Shown here in pieces: positions 36,831-47,618 of a DNA stretch of 64,000 nucleotides (position 1 is its first letter; every line of letters starts with the position of its first letter). Made by a program: the position numbers and the translations under genes. Source of the DNA: a virus (taxonomy: Duplodnaviria; Caudoviricetes); IMG/VR virus record IMGVR_UViG_2767802050_000001, positions 7,077 through 71,076 of that record; one strand, written 5' to 3'. The notes beneath the pieces are model-generated. The model did not search any database, had not been told where the DNA came from, and was given only the letters and a program-made list of their open reading frames with translations.

Positions 36831-37385
36831 GTGAGCGTGATCACGACGAACTTGATCCAGGGCCCGGCGACCCTCTACAAGGGCAACTTCGGTGCCGTCG
36901 AGCCCGCCGACACGGCGGTGAACGCGGTCCCGCCCGCGAGCAGCTGGACCGACCTGGGCGGCACGCAGGACGGCGTCAAGCTGTCCGTCGACCAGACCTA
37001 CTCGGAGCTGGAGGTCGACCAGATCACCCTCCGCGTCGGCAGCCGGCTGACCAAGCAGGACTTCACCATCGAGACCTCCCTCGCCGAGGCCACGCTGGAG
37101 AACCTGTCGATCTCCCTGAACGGTGGCACCGCCGCCAGCGGTGCGGGCTTCAAGTCGTTCGACCCCAACGTGACCAGCTCGGCGACACAGCCGAACTACT
37201 TCGCCGTGATCATGGACGGTCTCGGCCCCGGCGGCACCCGCCGCGTCATCGGCCGCCGCATGCTCAACACCGACTCCACGGAACTCGCCTACACCAAGGA
37301 CAAGCAGACGTTGCTGCCGGTGAAGTTCGCAGGCCACTACGTGTCGAGCGTGATCACCCCCTTCCACATCGTCGACCAGGTCTAA
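36831..37385 (+). CDS. Major tail tube protein
   Basis: GPATLY...WTDLGGTQDGV...EATLENL. Confidence 0.88.
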   Translation: MSVITTNLIQGPATLYKGNFGAVEPADTAVNAVPPASSWTDLGGTQDGVKLSVDQTYSELEVDQITLRVGSRLTKQDFTIETSLAEATLENLSISLNGGTAASGAGFKSFDPNVTSSATQPNYFAVIMDGLGPGGTRRVIGRRMLNTDSTELAYTKDKQTLLPVKFAGHYVSSVITPFHIVDQV

Positions 37386-37422
37386 CCGGCCTTCACCTCT
37401 GTCCGATCGAGGAGCATCACCC

Positions 37423-37824
37423 ATGGCATCCACCACTCGTCAGACCACCGCAGCCCGCAAGCGGGCCGCCGCGAAGCCCGTGGCAGGCAGCGACCCGCTG
37501 GCGGACTTTGAGCCCATCCGGATCGCAGCCGACGCTGACGTGGAAGAGGAGCGCGTGCCCCTCTTCTACATCGGTGACGACGCGTACACGATCCCGAAGA
37601 AGATCGCCCCGGGAGTCGCGCTGCAGTACCTGCGGCAGGCCCGGGAGTCCGGGCATGAGTTGGCGACGCCGCCGCTCCTGATCCGTGTCCTGGGCGAGGA
37701 CGCCTACATGGCGCTGGAGCAGTCCAAGGCCGTGGAGGAGGACCAGCTGGAGCGCATCGTCAAGCTCATCGTCGACCTCGCGCTCGGGCAGGCGGAGAAG
37801 AAGGAGGGAAAAGCGCGTGGCTGA
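37423..37824 (+). CDS. Tail assembly chaperone (gpG-like)
   Basis: Between tail tube and tape measure; ends at slippery G GGA AAA. Confidence 0.85.
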   Translation: MASTTRQTTAARKRAAAKPVAGSDPLADFEPIRIAADADVEEERVPLFYIGDDAYTIPKKIAPGVALQYLRQARESGHELATPPLLIRVLGEDAYMALEQSKAVEEDQLERIVKLIVDLALGQAEKKEGKARG

Positions 37825-38195
37825 CCAGCCTGCATGACTGGCTGCTCACCCCGCCATGGCTGGACCCAGCCGCAGACCGGCTGCAAGAGGTCTCCTGGGT
37901 CCTGGACCACCTCGATGACCTCGATGCCGACTTCCTCGCGATCTACGGCATCGACCTCGAACAGCAGCCGATATCGGCCCGCCGCTACTTCGCTCTCGCC
38001 TACCGCCTGACCGCCTACCAGGGCGTGATGGCGGCCCGCGCGGAAGCCGAACGCGACGACCAGTCGGCCAGCACGACCCCAACCCGCACCAGCAGTACCC
38101 CCGCGCCCACAAGCGCGGACGGCGAGAACCGCGAGGTGTCGCTAACGGCGTTCCGGATGCAGTTCCCCGGACTGGTGAGCATGGGAGGCGGATGA
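37806..38195 (+). CDS. -1 frameshift extension of tail chaperone (gpT-like)
   Basis: GGGAAAA 37806-37812; -1 frame open to TGA 38195 (HLDDLDADFLAIYGIDL...LTAYQGVM). Confidence 0.85.
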   Translation, partial: GKSAWLTSLHDWLLTPPWLDPAADRLQEVSWVLDHLDDLDADFLAIYGIDLEQQPISARRYFALAYRLTAYQGVMAARAEAERDDQSASTTPTRTSSTPAPTSADGENREVSLTAFRMQFPGLVSMGGG

Positions 38196-38196
38196 C

Positions 38197-41100
38197 GTGG
38201 CCGGGGCTTTTAGGATCGCCGAGGGATACGTCGAGGTCACGGCCGACGAGTCCGGCTACGACGCCGCCATGACCCGCCTCAAGGGCGCGAAACACAGCGT
38301 CTCTGTGGGGGTCGACCTCGATGACAAAGACGCCATCGCGAAACTCGACAGGCTCGTCAAGGACCGGGTCACTAAGATCACGGCCTCCGCTGAAACCCGC
38401 GTGGCTGCCGACGAGCTGAAGAACCTCGTCCAGCGGCGCAACATCCGGATCGCGACGGCCGCCGATACGGAGACGACGGCTGAAGCTCTGGCGCACCTCA
38501 CCCGGGACCGCACTGTCCGGGTCGACGTGGACTTCGACGGCACCGCCCTTGCGGACCTTTCAGCTCTCCCGCGAACTGTCGACATCTTGGCGGAGGTGAA
38601 TCAGGCCGCCTACGACCGCGCTATTGCGAAGCTCGACAAACTGACGGCCGACCGCACCGTCAAGATCCGGGCGTCCGTCGACACCCGCGTCGCCGCCGAC
38701 GAAATCCGCAACCTCACGGCTCGCCGCCAGGTACGCATCGGCATCGACGTCGACACGAGGGTCGCGGCCGACAGCATCGCCAACCTCACGCGGCGCCGCA
38801 CCATGACCGTGCAGGCGCGCGCCGACACCACCGACGCCGCCAACAGCCTGCGCTTCCTCACCCGCGACCGCACCGTCAACGTCCGCACGCGCATGCTCGG
38901 CAGCCTCGCCGGACTCGCAGGGCTGGGCGGCAACGCGAGTGGCGGGGCCGGTGGGGTCGGCATGCTGTCGTCCCGTCTGGTCATGCTGGCCGCGGCCGCC
39001 ATCGGGGCGCTGCCCACGATCGCGTCCCTCGGTCAGTCGCTGGTCGCGATGGGCCCGGCCGCCGCCCTTGCGGCGCCCGCGGTCCTCTCACTCGCTTTGG
39101 CGTTCGCTGCGGTCAAGGTCGGCACCAGCGGGATCGGGGACGCGTTCAAAGCAGCGTTTGCGCCGGCCGAGAAGTCGGCCTCCGCCGCGGCGAAGTCGAC
39201 GCACTCGCTGGAGAACGCTCAGCGGTCGCTGGCGAAGGCGCAGCAGGGTGTGCAGGACGCCGAGCAGCGTGCCGCGGAGGCGCGTGTCGCGGCGGCCCGG
39301 CAGATCGAGGACGCCCAACGCTCCCTCAAAGGCACGGTGCAGGACGTCGCGGATGCCAACCGCAGGGCTGCCCAGCAGGTTGCCTCCGCTGAACGCGATC
39401 TCGCCGACGCGCAGCGCGCGGCCCGGCAGGCGCAACTCGACCTGACCGGGGCCCGCAAGGAAGCCGCGCAGGAGCTGGAAGACCTCAACAACCGGCTCGA
39501 AGACGCCCAGCTCGACCAACGCCAGAAGGTGTTGGACCTTCAGGACGCCGAGCAGGAGCTGACCGCGGTCAAGGCCAAAGGCGGCAAGGCGACGAAGGAG
39601 GAGCTGGACAAGGCGCAGCTCGCCTATGACAAGGCCGTCCAAGCCCTGGAGGAGCAGCAGACCGAGACGGCTCGCCTGCAGACGCAGACCGAGGAGGCTA
39701 ACAAGGCGGGTGTCGAGGGCTCGAAGAAGGTCGTCGGGGCGAAGCAGACCATCACTGACGCCAGCCAGGCAGCGATCGACAAGACGCAGGCGCTGCAGGA
39801 TGCGGAGCGGGACCAGGCGCAGACGACGGCGGACGGTCTGCAAAAGGTCATGCTGGCCGAGCGGGAAGTCGCCGACGCCCGGGAAGCCGCAAGGAAAGCC
39901 GCGGTCGATGGGGCGCGGCAGATCGCCGACGCTCAAGACGCGGTAGCCGACGCCGCCCGGAACCTCGCCTACGCGCAGGAGTCCGGTGCGGCGGCCACGA
40001 ACAAGCTCGGCGACGCCATGGCCAAGCTGGCGCCGAACGCCCGCGCCTTCGTGGACGCGGTCATTGCGCAGCGAGAAGCGTGGCGGGGCCTGAAACTCGA
40101 CGTACAGAACCGGCTGATGGCCGGGCTCGGGCAGACGTTCACCAGCCTGTCCACCGCGGTGATTCCGCCACTGCGGGCCGGGCTCGGCGGCATGGCCGAC
40201 AACCTCAACGCCATGGCGAAGGGCGCAGCGTCCGCGGTCATCGAGCTGTCGAAGACCGGCACCCTGAAGTCGATGTTCGACGGCCTGAACGCTGGCTTCG
40301 CGAACCTTAACCGGGTGCCGGGCCAGTTCCTCACCGGGCTCACGCAGATCTCCGTCGCCGCGTCTCCGGCGTTCGCCCGTCTGACTGCCGCGGCCGGCGG
40401 GGCTGCGGACCGGATCTCGCAGCGGATCGCGACGGCGTTCAAGTCGGGTGCGTTGGAGACGTCGATCAACGGTGCGATCGAGGTGGCCAAGCAGTTCGGG
40501 CACATGCTCGGCGACCTGTTCGGCGCGCTCGGCAACATCATGAAGGCTGCGGCTGCTGGCGGCGGGGATGCGCTGGGGACGCTCGGGGCGTTGTTCGCGG
40601 AGTTGCGCCGGGTTACGGCGATGCCTGAGGTACAGAAGGCCCTCGCCTCGATCTTCCAGGCGGTCAACGCGATCGCGAAGCTGTTCGCGGGGACGCTCGG
40701 CGCGGTGATTCAGGCGGTGATGCCGCTGCTGGCGGCGCTGGCCCCGGTGGTGACCGAGTTGGCGACGCGGTTCGGGCCGGTCCTCGCGCAGTTGGCGGAC
40801 ACGCTGGGCAAGGCCCTGGCGCCGATCATTGACGCGCTGCTCCCGGTGATCGGTGACATCGGCGGTGTCCTGGTGGGGCTGGTGCAGGCGTTGATGCCGC
40901 TGCTGGTGCCGTTGGGCGCGGTGATCGCGGAGATCGTGAAGGCCTTGGCGCCGGTGTTCAAGTCGATCGGTGGGGCGCTGGTGTCGTTGGTGGCGGCGCT
41001 GGCGAAGGGACTCGCGCCGGTGATCACAGCCCTGGTTCCGGTGATCGGCATGTTCGGCCAGTTGTTCGCCGCGCTGGCTCCGATGTTCCCGCAGCTCATC

Positions 41101-43002
41101 GCCGCGCTGGTGCCGCTGATCCCGCCGCTGACTCAGCTGGCGCTGTCGCTGCTGAACCTGGCGATGCAGGTGTTGATGCCGTTGATGCCGCTGATCATCA
41201 AGCTGGCCGGGCTGCTGGCGACGGTACTGGCGGGTGCGATCGGGATCCTCGTCCCGGTGATAACCACGATCATCGGCTGGCTGACGACGTTCTCCAACAA
41301 GGTGGGCGAGGTCGTCGGCTGGATCGTCGACAAGTTCCGTTGGCTGTACGACGTCCTCGTCGGGCACAGCATCATCCCCGACTTGGTGAAGGCGATCATT
41401 AGTTGGTTCACGCAGTTGTGGACGAAGACGAAGGAGATTTACACCGCGCTGAAGACGTGGCTGGTGAACACGTGGAACAGTATCTGGTCTGGCCTCACCT
41501 CCCGCTGGAACAGCTTTTGGTCGGGGATGCGGACGTCGCTCACCAACGCGTGGGCGTCCGTGAAGTCACAGTTCACGAGCCTGAAGACGTCGCTGTCGAA
41601 CACCTGGTCGTCGATGTGGACGGGCGTCACGTCGAAGGTCACGTCGGTGATCGCCACGATCAGCGGAAAGATCGCCGCGTTCAAGTCGAACATGACCAAC
41701 GCGTTCTCCCTGCTGAAGACGGGGATGGGCACCGTCTGGGACGGCATCAAGTCGAAGATCAGCGCCCCGGTGAAGTGGGTCGTCGACCACGTCTACAACA
41801 ACGGCATCCGCAAGATGTGGAACACGATCGCCGGGAAGATCAGCAGCAAGCTGACGCTTCCCTCGATCGCGCTGGGCTTCAACAAGGGCGGCGTCGTCCC
41901 TGGCAGCGGGAATCGCGACACCGTCCCGGCGATGCTCACGCCCAAGGAGCGCGTCCTGTCGGTGCCCGAGGTCGAGCAGCTCGGCGGCCACCGGGCAATC
42001 GATGCCATGTTGCAGAAGGACCGCCCTACGAAGACGGGCGGGAACCCCAGCCCGCAGCAGGAGCGGCAGCGGTACCAGGGGCCCGCGCAGCACTTCGCGT
42101 CGGGCGGCATCGTCGGGAAGATCACCAGCGGGATTGGTGGCGCCGTCTCCTCCGTCGCGTCGTGGGCGAAAGACCTCGTCATCGGCGGCCTCAAATCGGC
42201 GGCACAGTCGGCTATCGGCTCCCTGGTCCGCCCCCTCATCAACTCCATCCCGTCGGGCGGTGTCGGCTCCCTGATGAAGGGCCTCTCCAACAAGGCGTTG
42301 GACTCGATGCTCGGCTTCCTCGGCACGGAGGACAAGAAGGCAGTCGGCGGGCCGGCCGTACAGAAGGCCTTGTCGTGGGTGAAGACGCAGAACGGGCTGC
42401 CCTACCAGTGGGCGGGCAACGGCAACCCGTCCTGGGACTGTTCGGGTCTGATGTCGGCGATCGAGTCGGTGATCCGTGGGGAGCGCCCGCACCGTCGCTG
42501 GGCGACCGGCTCGTTCGTCGGGAACTCCGGCCCGTCCGGGTGGGTTAGGAACCTGAACTCCCCCTTCATGATCGGGGTCACAAATTCCGGCGTGGGCCAC
42601 ACCGCGGGCACGCTCGCCGGAATGAACGTCGAGTCCTCGGGCGGGGCCGGCGTCCACATGGGCAAGGGCGCCCGCGGCTACAACGACCCCATGTTCACCA
42701 GCCGGTGGGGCTTCGCACCCGCGGCGAAGTACGACTCGGGTGGCCTGCTCCAGCCCGGCGCGACGCTCGCGATCAACAAGACGCGGAAGCCAGAAGCAGT
42801 CCTCACCGCCGAAGAGCACGAGGCGTTCCGCTCCATCGTGACCGGGCTGAGCGCGACCGACTTCGGCGGTAGCACGGTCAACGTGTCGGTCGAGGTGAAG
42901 TCGATGACTGTCCCGTCGCCTGCCGAGGTGAGGCGCTTCGCTGAGGCGATCGCCGACCCGGTGAAGGAAGCGATCCGTAAGAGCGACAGGAGCCGTGCCT
43001 GA
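38197..43002 (+). CDS. Tape measure protein with C-terminal NlpC/P60 domain
   Basis: 1601 aa Ala-rich coiled coil, 11-residue W/F periodicity, PYQWAG...DCSGL...GHT. Confidence 0.95.
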   Translation: MAGAFRIAEGYVEVTADESGYDAAMTRLKGAKHSVSVGVDLDDKDAIAKLDRLVKDRVTKITASAETRVAADELKNLVQRRNIRIATAADTETTAEALAHLTRDRTVRVDVDFDGTALADLSALPRTVDILAEVNQAAYDRAIAKLDKLTADRTVKIRASVDTRVAADEIRNLTARRQVRIGIDVDTRVAADSIANLTRRRTMTVQARADTTDAANSLRFLTRDRTVNVRTRMLGSLAGLAGLGGNASGGAGGVGMLSSRLVMLAAAAIGALPTIASLGQSLVAMGPAAALAAPAVLSLALAFAAVKVGTSGIGDAFKAAFAPAEKSASAAAKSTHSLENAQRSLAKAQQGVQDAEQRAAEARVAAARQIEDAQRSLKGTVQDVADANRRAAQQVASAERDLADAQRAARQAQLDLTGARKEAAQELEDLNNRLEDAQLDQRQKVLDLQDAEQELTAVKAKGGKATKEELDKAQLAYDKAVQALEEQQTETARLQTQTEEANKAGVEGSKKVVGAKQTITDASQAAIDKTQALQDAERDQAQTTADGLQKVMLAEREVADAREAARKAAVDGARQIADAQDAVADAARNLAYAQESGAAATNKLGDAMAKLAPNARAFVDAVIAQREAWRGLKLDVQNRLMAGLGQTFTSLSTAVIPPLRAGLGGMADNLNAMAKGAASAVIELSKTGTLKSMFDGLNAGFANLNRVPGQFLTGLTQISVAASPAFARLTAAAGGAADRISQRIATAFKSGALETSINGAIEVAKQFGHMLGDLFGALGNIMKAAAAGGGDALGTLGALFAELRRVTAMPEVQKALASIFQAVNAIAKLFAGTLGAVIQAVMPLLAALAPVVTELATRFGPVLAQLADTLGKALAPIIDALLPVIGDIGGVLVGLVQALMPLLVPLGAVIAEIVKALAPVFKSIGGALVSLVAALAKGLAPVITALVPVIGMFGQLFAALAPMFPQLIAALVPLIPPLTQLALSLLNLAMQVLMPLMPLIIKLAGLLATVLAGAIGILVPVITTIIGWLTTFSNKVGEVVGWIVDKFRWLYDVLVGHSIIPDLVKAIISWFTQLWTKTKEIYTALKTWLVNTWNSIWSGLTSRWNSFWSGMRTSLTNAWASVKSQFTSLKTSLSNTWSSMWTGVTSKVTSVIATISGKIAAFKSNMTNAFSLLKTGMGTVWDGIKSKISAPVKWVVDHVYNNGIRKMWNTIAGKISSKLTLPSIALGFNKGGVVPGSGNRDTVPAMLTPKERVLSVPEVEQLGGHRAIDAMLQKDRPTKTGGNPSPQQERQRYQGPAQHFASGGIVGKITSGIGGAVSSVASWAKDLVIGGLKSAAQSAIGSLVRPLINSIPSGGVGSLMKGLSNKALDSMLGFLGTEDKKAVGGPAVQKALSWVKTQNGLPYQWAGNGNPSWDCSGLMSAIESVIRGERPHRRWATGSFVGNSGPSGWVRNLNSPFMIGVTNSGVGHTAGTLAGMNVESSGGAGVHMGKGARGYNDPMFTSRWGFAPAAKYDSGGLLQPGATLAINKTRKPEAVLTAEEHEAFRSIVTGLSATDFGGSTVNVSVEVKSMTVPSPAEVRRFAEAIADPVKEAIRKSDRSRA

Positions 43003-44210
43003 TGGCCGCATACAGCTGGGGCGATCTCACCATCGGGCGGATCCCCCTCCGTGAGACGTTCACCGCTACGGAGGGCGGTGGCGGTGACCGCACCCTCGAC
43101 CTCGAAGGGCAGGAGTCGTACCCGCCGTTGACACGGGCGCAGGTCATCGCCCGCCACGACGGCATCAACGCCCTGGTCGCAGGCCAGTGCATCCCGGTGA
43201 CTTTCACGGACAAGCCCGAGCGCTCCGGCTACTACACGGTCAAGAGCGCGGGGGCGACGTACACCGAGTACCTGAACGACATGGTCACCTCGACCTGGAA
43301 GGTCAGCTTGGAGCGGGTCGGCTCCGACGCCGAAACCGACCTCCAGTCCCGGCTGACCGGCGCAGTCAGACTGAACGACTTCTCCCTGACGGGTGAGCGG
43401 TGGCATGCGCCGCCGATCGGGCACTACGGCTACTACACCGGCTCCACCAACCCGACCACCATGACCCGGACCGGGGCGGACGGGGCGATGACCGTGTACC
43501 GCGGTGTCCCCGCCAACACCTCCCCACGGTGGGGCTGTCCGCCGACCGCCTACCTGGTCGGCCGGGTGAAGGTGACGACGACCGGAGCGCAGGAGGTGTA
43601 CGGCGTCGACGTCCCCCTCGCAGCGTCCGGGTGGGCGCTGTCGAACGGGTTCGTCAACGTCGCACCCTCGGCCAGCGCAACGCTGGACGTGCAGGCGTAC
43701 ACGGGCGGCGCCTACCACTCGAAGCTATGGAACGTCTCCGTGGCCGGCTCGGCTGCGTCGATCACCTCGTGGGACGGGGCCACGCTCCTCCGCAATGACC
43801 CCGAGATGTGCATCATGCGGCTGACCAAGGGGCTGAACCCGGGCCGGGCGACCCTCGACCTCACGCTCCGCCGCGGCTCCCGGTTCGTCGAGGGCTACCT
43901 CCAGACCGGCACGTCGGCGACGCTCGCCGCCTACCGCAGCAGCCTGGAGACCAACACCAGCTTCGCCGCATCCGGGTACGTCACCGCCACCGCCAACGAC
44001 TCCGACAGTAACCGCTTCGCCGTCGGATCCGCCCGCAGCTTCACCGCGCACACCAACGGAGGCGTCATCAAGAGCAGCGCCACGGCCATGGACTTCTGGA
44101 TCGGCGTCGCGGCCGGCGGCGGGTCAGCGGTGTCGGGGGACGCGGCCACCGACCTGCGGAACCAGTACGTCTCATGCATGCCGGAAGCGATCTACGGCGT
44201 GAGGAGGTAG
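43002..44210 (+). CDS. Distal tail/minor tail protein
   Basis: Directly after tape measure; beta-rich. Confidence 0.75.
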   Translation: MAAYSWGDLTIGRIPLRETFTATEGGGGDRTLDLEGQESYPPLTRAQVIARHDGINALVAGQCIPVTFTDKPERSGYYTVKSAGATYTEYLNDMVTSTWKVSLERVGSDAETDLQSRLTGAVRLNDFSLTGERWHAPPIGHYGYYTGSTNPTTMTRTGADGAMTVYRGVPANTSPRWGCPPTAYLVGRVKVTTTGAQEVYGVDVPLAASGWALSNGFVNVAPSASATLDVQAYTGGAYHSKLWNVSVAGSAASITSWDGATLLRNDPEMCIMRLTKGLNPGRATLDLTLRRGSRFVEGYLQTGTSATLAAYRSSLETNTSFAASGYVTATANDSDSNRFAVGSARSFTAHTNGGVIKSSATAMDFWIGVAAGGGSAVSGDAATDLRNQYVSCMPEAIYGVRR

Positions 44211-44215
44211 CGCGG

Positions 44216-47086
44216 GTGGCTGTTCAGGAGGTTCTCAAGGCCCTGGGTTCGTGGGAGATCAAGCTGCTCCCGCAGACGCCCCGCGACGTCCTCGACGCCC
44301 TCGACTATTTTGGGCATGTCGCGATCATCCCTGGCCGGTTGGACCCGGCGCAGTACGGCGACAACTTGCTGACGACCGCCCGCTACGTGGGTGTGCTGCG
44401 GACGAAGACGATCGGCGACGACGGCAGGACGAACGCCCCCCAGGACGATCTCAGCGTAGGCGGCGTCGGCATGGCGTTCTGGCTCGGGGATGAGGACGGC
44501 AAGGGCGACGTCTACGAGAACACCGTCGCCCCCGCCTCCACTTCGTTCGCGACCGCCATCAACATGCTGCTCCCCGCCAGCGGCGCCGTCACCGCAGGCA
44601 CCATCTACAGCGTGGCCGGACAGTACACAGGCAGCCACAGGTATGAATCCCCGCGGACGGCGATCGGCTACGTCTGCGACACCATGTCCACCACCAGCGT
44701 CCCCGTCTCGTGGCGGGTCAACGGGAACGCGACGCTGGACGCGGGCCCGGACAGCAACCTCTTCGTGGTGAACCCGACGTGTGTGATCACGACGAAGGAC
44801 GCCGGCGAGGACATGAGCCTGCGGGCGCTCCCTGGCAGCGTGGACGTGACCCGGGATGTGGAGGACTACACCACCCGCGTCGTCCTGCTGGCGGAGGGTG
44901 AGGGCACGAGCATCGCGACGGGGGCGGCGGACGTGTCGCCGGCCACTCCGTACAAGGATCTGCACGGCAATCCGCTGAAGCTGACCCGGCTGATCAGCGA
45001 GTCGGATACGGCGTCGACGAACGCGGCCACGCGGGCGCAGTTGCAGCTGAACCGGTTCACGTCCACGCGGAATTCGCTCACGCTGTCGACGTCGGACTAT
45101 GACGTGCACGGGTCGTTCGTGGTCGGGGACCGGGTGTGGGTGTACGACCCCGACTCCGGGCTTGTCGACACGTCGACAGAGATCACGTTCCGCGGCAACC
45201 GGATCAACCCGATCAAGTTGCAGGTCACGGAGACGAACTGGGCTGTCACGGACGCCTACACGGTCGCCTACCGCACCAGCAGTGGCACGTGGATCAACCT
45301 GACCGATTACACCGAGTTCGAGACCGACGCCACCAGCACTGTCACCGTCGGGGACTTCTCCCGCGCGCTCACCGACGCGTCCACCGAGCCCATCGGCTCC
45401 CGCCCCAACGCCGACACCAGCACGCCCGGCCAGCCCACCCTGATCACCCCGTTCACCGGCGTTGCCTACCTCGACAACCGCGGCTACACCCGGGCCCGCG
45501 TCATCCTCTCCTGGAACGCCCCCAACAACACCGACGGCTCCACGGTCTTCGACGGCGATCGCTACGAGATCCGCTACGCCGTCGACACCGACATGCTCTA
45601 CCCCTCCACCTGGGCGCAACTCTCCGCCGCCCGCTGGCAGGACCTGCAGACCTGGAGCCAGCCTTTCGCCGCGCCGACCGGCAAATGGTCGACGATGGTC
45701 GTCAACTGGGACACCACCACCGCCCAACTCCAGGACCTGTCGCCGGGTGTCGGGTACGACGTACAGATCCGCGCCGTCGACAAGACCGGCAACATCGGCG
45801 CCTGGTCGTCCACGACCACGTTCGTTGCCTCGTCCGACAACCTCCCGCCGTCCACGCCGGCCGCGCCCACGGTGGCTGGCTCGCGGATCGCGGTGCAGGT
45901 CACGCACACCCTCGGCAAGAGCTCCGGAGGTACGTTCAACCTCGAAAGCGACCTGGACCACCTGGAGATCCACGTCTCCTATGAGCCGACGTTCACGCCG
46001 ACCGCAGCCACGCTGGTGGGGAAGACTGCGGCGAACGCGTCGATGATTCAGGCGCAGATCCCCGTCGTGTTCACGGCGCAGATCGAGGAGACGTCCGCCC
46101 GCTATGTGCGGGTGGTCGCGGTCGACAAGACCGGCAACAAGTCCGGCCCGTCCGACGCCGCTTCGGCGACCGCGCTCCTCATCGACGACGCCCACATCTC
46201 CGACCTGACCGTCTCCAAGGTGACCGCCGGGACGATCACCGCGGCCTGGGTGATGGCTGGCGAGATCAAGACCGCCGACACTGGGGCGCGCGCCCGGATC
46301 TCCGCCAGTGGGTACGAGCTCTACGACACGGGCGGCACCCGCACGTTCTTCGCTGACGCTTCCACCGGCAACGTGAGCATCGTCGGGCAGATCGTTTCCG
46401 GCACAGCGGGCAAGCGTCTGGAAATCAACCCGACCGGCATTCTCCTGCCCGAGATCCGCTTCTATCCGAGCAGCGGAACCGACTACGCGTACATCAACTC
46501 CACGTCATCCGGAAGCGACAGCAACCTCGGGTTGAACTCGTCACCCTACGATGACGGCGGCGGCACACAGGTCATGTCTCGGGCCTACATGCACACGGTA
46601 TCTGGGGCCCGTCTAGAGGTGGTGACTCTGTCTGGAGAATTGGCCAGGGGCGGGTACGCGACCTGCTTGACCGGATCCTTTGCTTCTGGCCATAGGAGCA
46701 GCGGGACCGACGGCGGCACGTTTTACGCGAACTCGACGTATGGGCAGGTCGGCTGGAACTTCAGCGACAGCACGAACGCCCAGTACTTCAACTTCTCGTC
46801 TGGTAAGACCTACCACATCGGCAAGTTCGAGAACTACGTTACTGCCGCCTCCAACCAGGGCTTGTTCACTGGCAGCGTCGTGCAAGCTGCGGCCTTCGCA
46901 ATGACCCTGACCTACGGGCCGACTATGGACTCTGCTCCTGTACCGGTCGCGACGTGCGCGGCCGGTAGCTTCGGATCTGCCACACCGACTGTGTGGGGCG
47001 TCCAATCTTTTGGAACAACCAATTTCACCGTCGCCTGGAATAACAGCATGGGAATGCGCGTCAACTTTTGGTGTTTCCGTACCTAA
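44216..47086 (+). CDS. Baseplate hub/Tal-like minor tail protein with FN3 repeats
   Basis: YDVQIRAVDKTGNIGAWS and YVRVVAVDKTGNKS; VSKVTAGTI. Confidence 0.85.
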   Translation: MAVQEVLKALGSWEIKLLPQTPRDVLDALDYFGHVAIIPGRLDPAQYGDNLLTTARYVGVLRTKTIGDDGRTNAPQDDLSVGGVGMAFWLGDEDGKGDVYENTVAPASTSFATAINMLLPASGAVTAGTIYSVAGQYTGSHRYESPRTAIGYVCDTMSTTSVPVSWRVNGNATLDAGPDSNLFVVNPTCVITTKDAGEDMSLRALPGSVDVTRDVEDYTTRVVLLAEGEGTSIATGAADVSPATPYKDLHGNPLKLTRLISESDTASTNAATRAQLQLNRFTSTRNSLTLSTSDYDVHGSFVVGDRVWVYDPDSGLVDTSTEITFRGNRINPIKLQVTETNWAVTDAYTVAYRTSSGTWINLTDYTEFETDATSTVTVGDFSRALTDASTEPIGSRPNADTSTPGQPTLITPFTGVAYLDNRGYTRARVILSWNAPNNTDGSTVFDGDRYEIRYAVDTDMLYPSTWAQLSAARWQDLQTWSQPFAAPTGKWSTMVVNWDTTTAQLQDLSPGVGYDVQIRAVDKTGNIGAWSSTTTFVASSDNLPPSTPAAPTVAGSRIAVQVTHTLGKSSGGTFNLESDLDHLEIHVSYEPTFTPTAATLVGKTAANASMIQAQIPVVFTAQIEETSARYVRVVAVDKTGNKSGPSDAASATALLIDDAHISDLTVSKVTAGTITAAWVMAGEIKTADTGARARISASGYELYDTGGTRTFFADASTGNVSIVGQIVSGTAGKRLEINPTGILLPEIRFYPSSGTDYAYINSTSSGSDSNLGLNSSPYDDGGGTQVMSRAYMHTVSGARLEVVTLSGELARGGYATCLTGSFASGHRSSGTDGGTFYANSTYGQVGWNFSDSTNAQYFNFSSGKTYHIGKFENYVTAASNQGLFTGSVVQAAAFAMTLTYGPTMDSAPVPVATCAAGSFGSATPTVWGVQSFGTTNFTVAWNNSMGMRVNFWCFRT

Positions 47087-47102
47087 GGGAAGGGGAATTG
47101 AC

Positions 47103-47618
47103 ATGCCTGACAAATGGACGATCAGTGAAACGACTGCCCTCCAGATCGGCGACTCGCCATGCTGGCAGATCACCCTTACCCGCCCTGACGGGAACAAGGT
47201 GAACCATGTCATGCCGACGTCTGCTCTCGATTGGCGGGCCGCCGAATACGGCATCGACCCCACGGACACCGAGGCGCTCATGGAGATCCTCCTCCACGAG
47301 CCGTACATGGCGGTGGTCGACGATCCGCAGCACGGACCTCAGTACGCCGACAGCGGGCCCGACTTGTGGGCGGCTGACAGCACGGCCACAGCGCGTGAGG
47401 CGCATGTCGCCCGCATCAAGGGCTGCAGCGTCCGTATCGACGTGAAAAACAACAAGGGCCTCGACCCGGTCCGTAACGGGCACCGGCCCGACATGACGCG
47501 GATCCGGAAGATGCGCGAGCAGGTCGACACCAACCGCTGGATCAAAAAGCACGGGGGCCTGCCAGAGCAGCCGCTCCCGCAGACACCCGTCGTCAAGAAG
47601 GAGGCCGGTCGTGCCTGA
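47103..47618 (+). CDS. Hypothetical tail-associated protein
   Basis: LDWRAAEYGIDP...LLHEP. Confidence 0.7.
   Translation: MPDKWTISETTALQIGDSPCWQITLTRPDGNKVNHVMPTSALDWRAAEYGIDPTDTEALMEILLHEPYMAVVDDPQHGPQYADSGPDLWAADSTATAREAHVARIKGCSVRIDVKNNKGLDPVRNGHRPDMTRIRKMREQVDTNRWIKKHGGLPEQPLPQTPVVKKEAGRA

Noticed and set aside
39088-46195. Long antisense ORFs (759, 481, 667 aa)
   Set aside because: Typical shadows of high-GC coding strands opposite tape measure and tail genes
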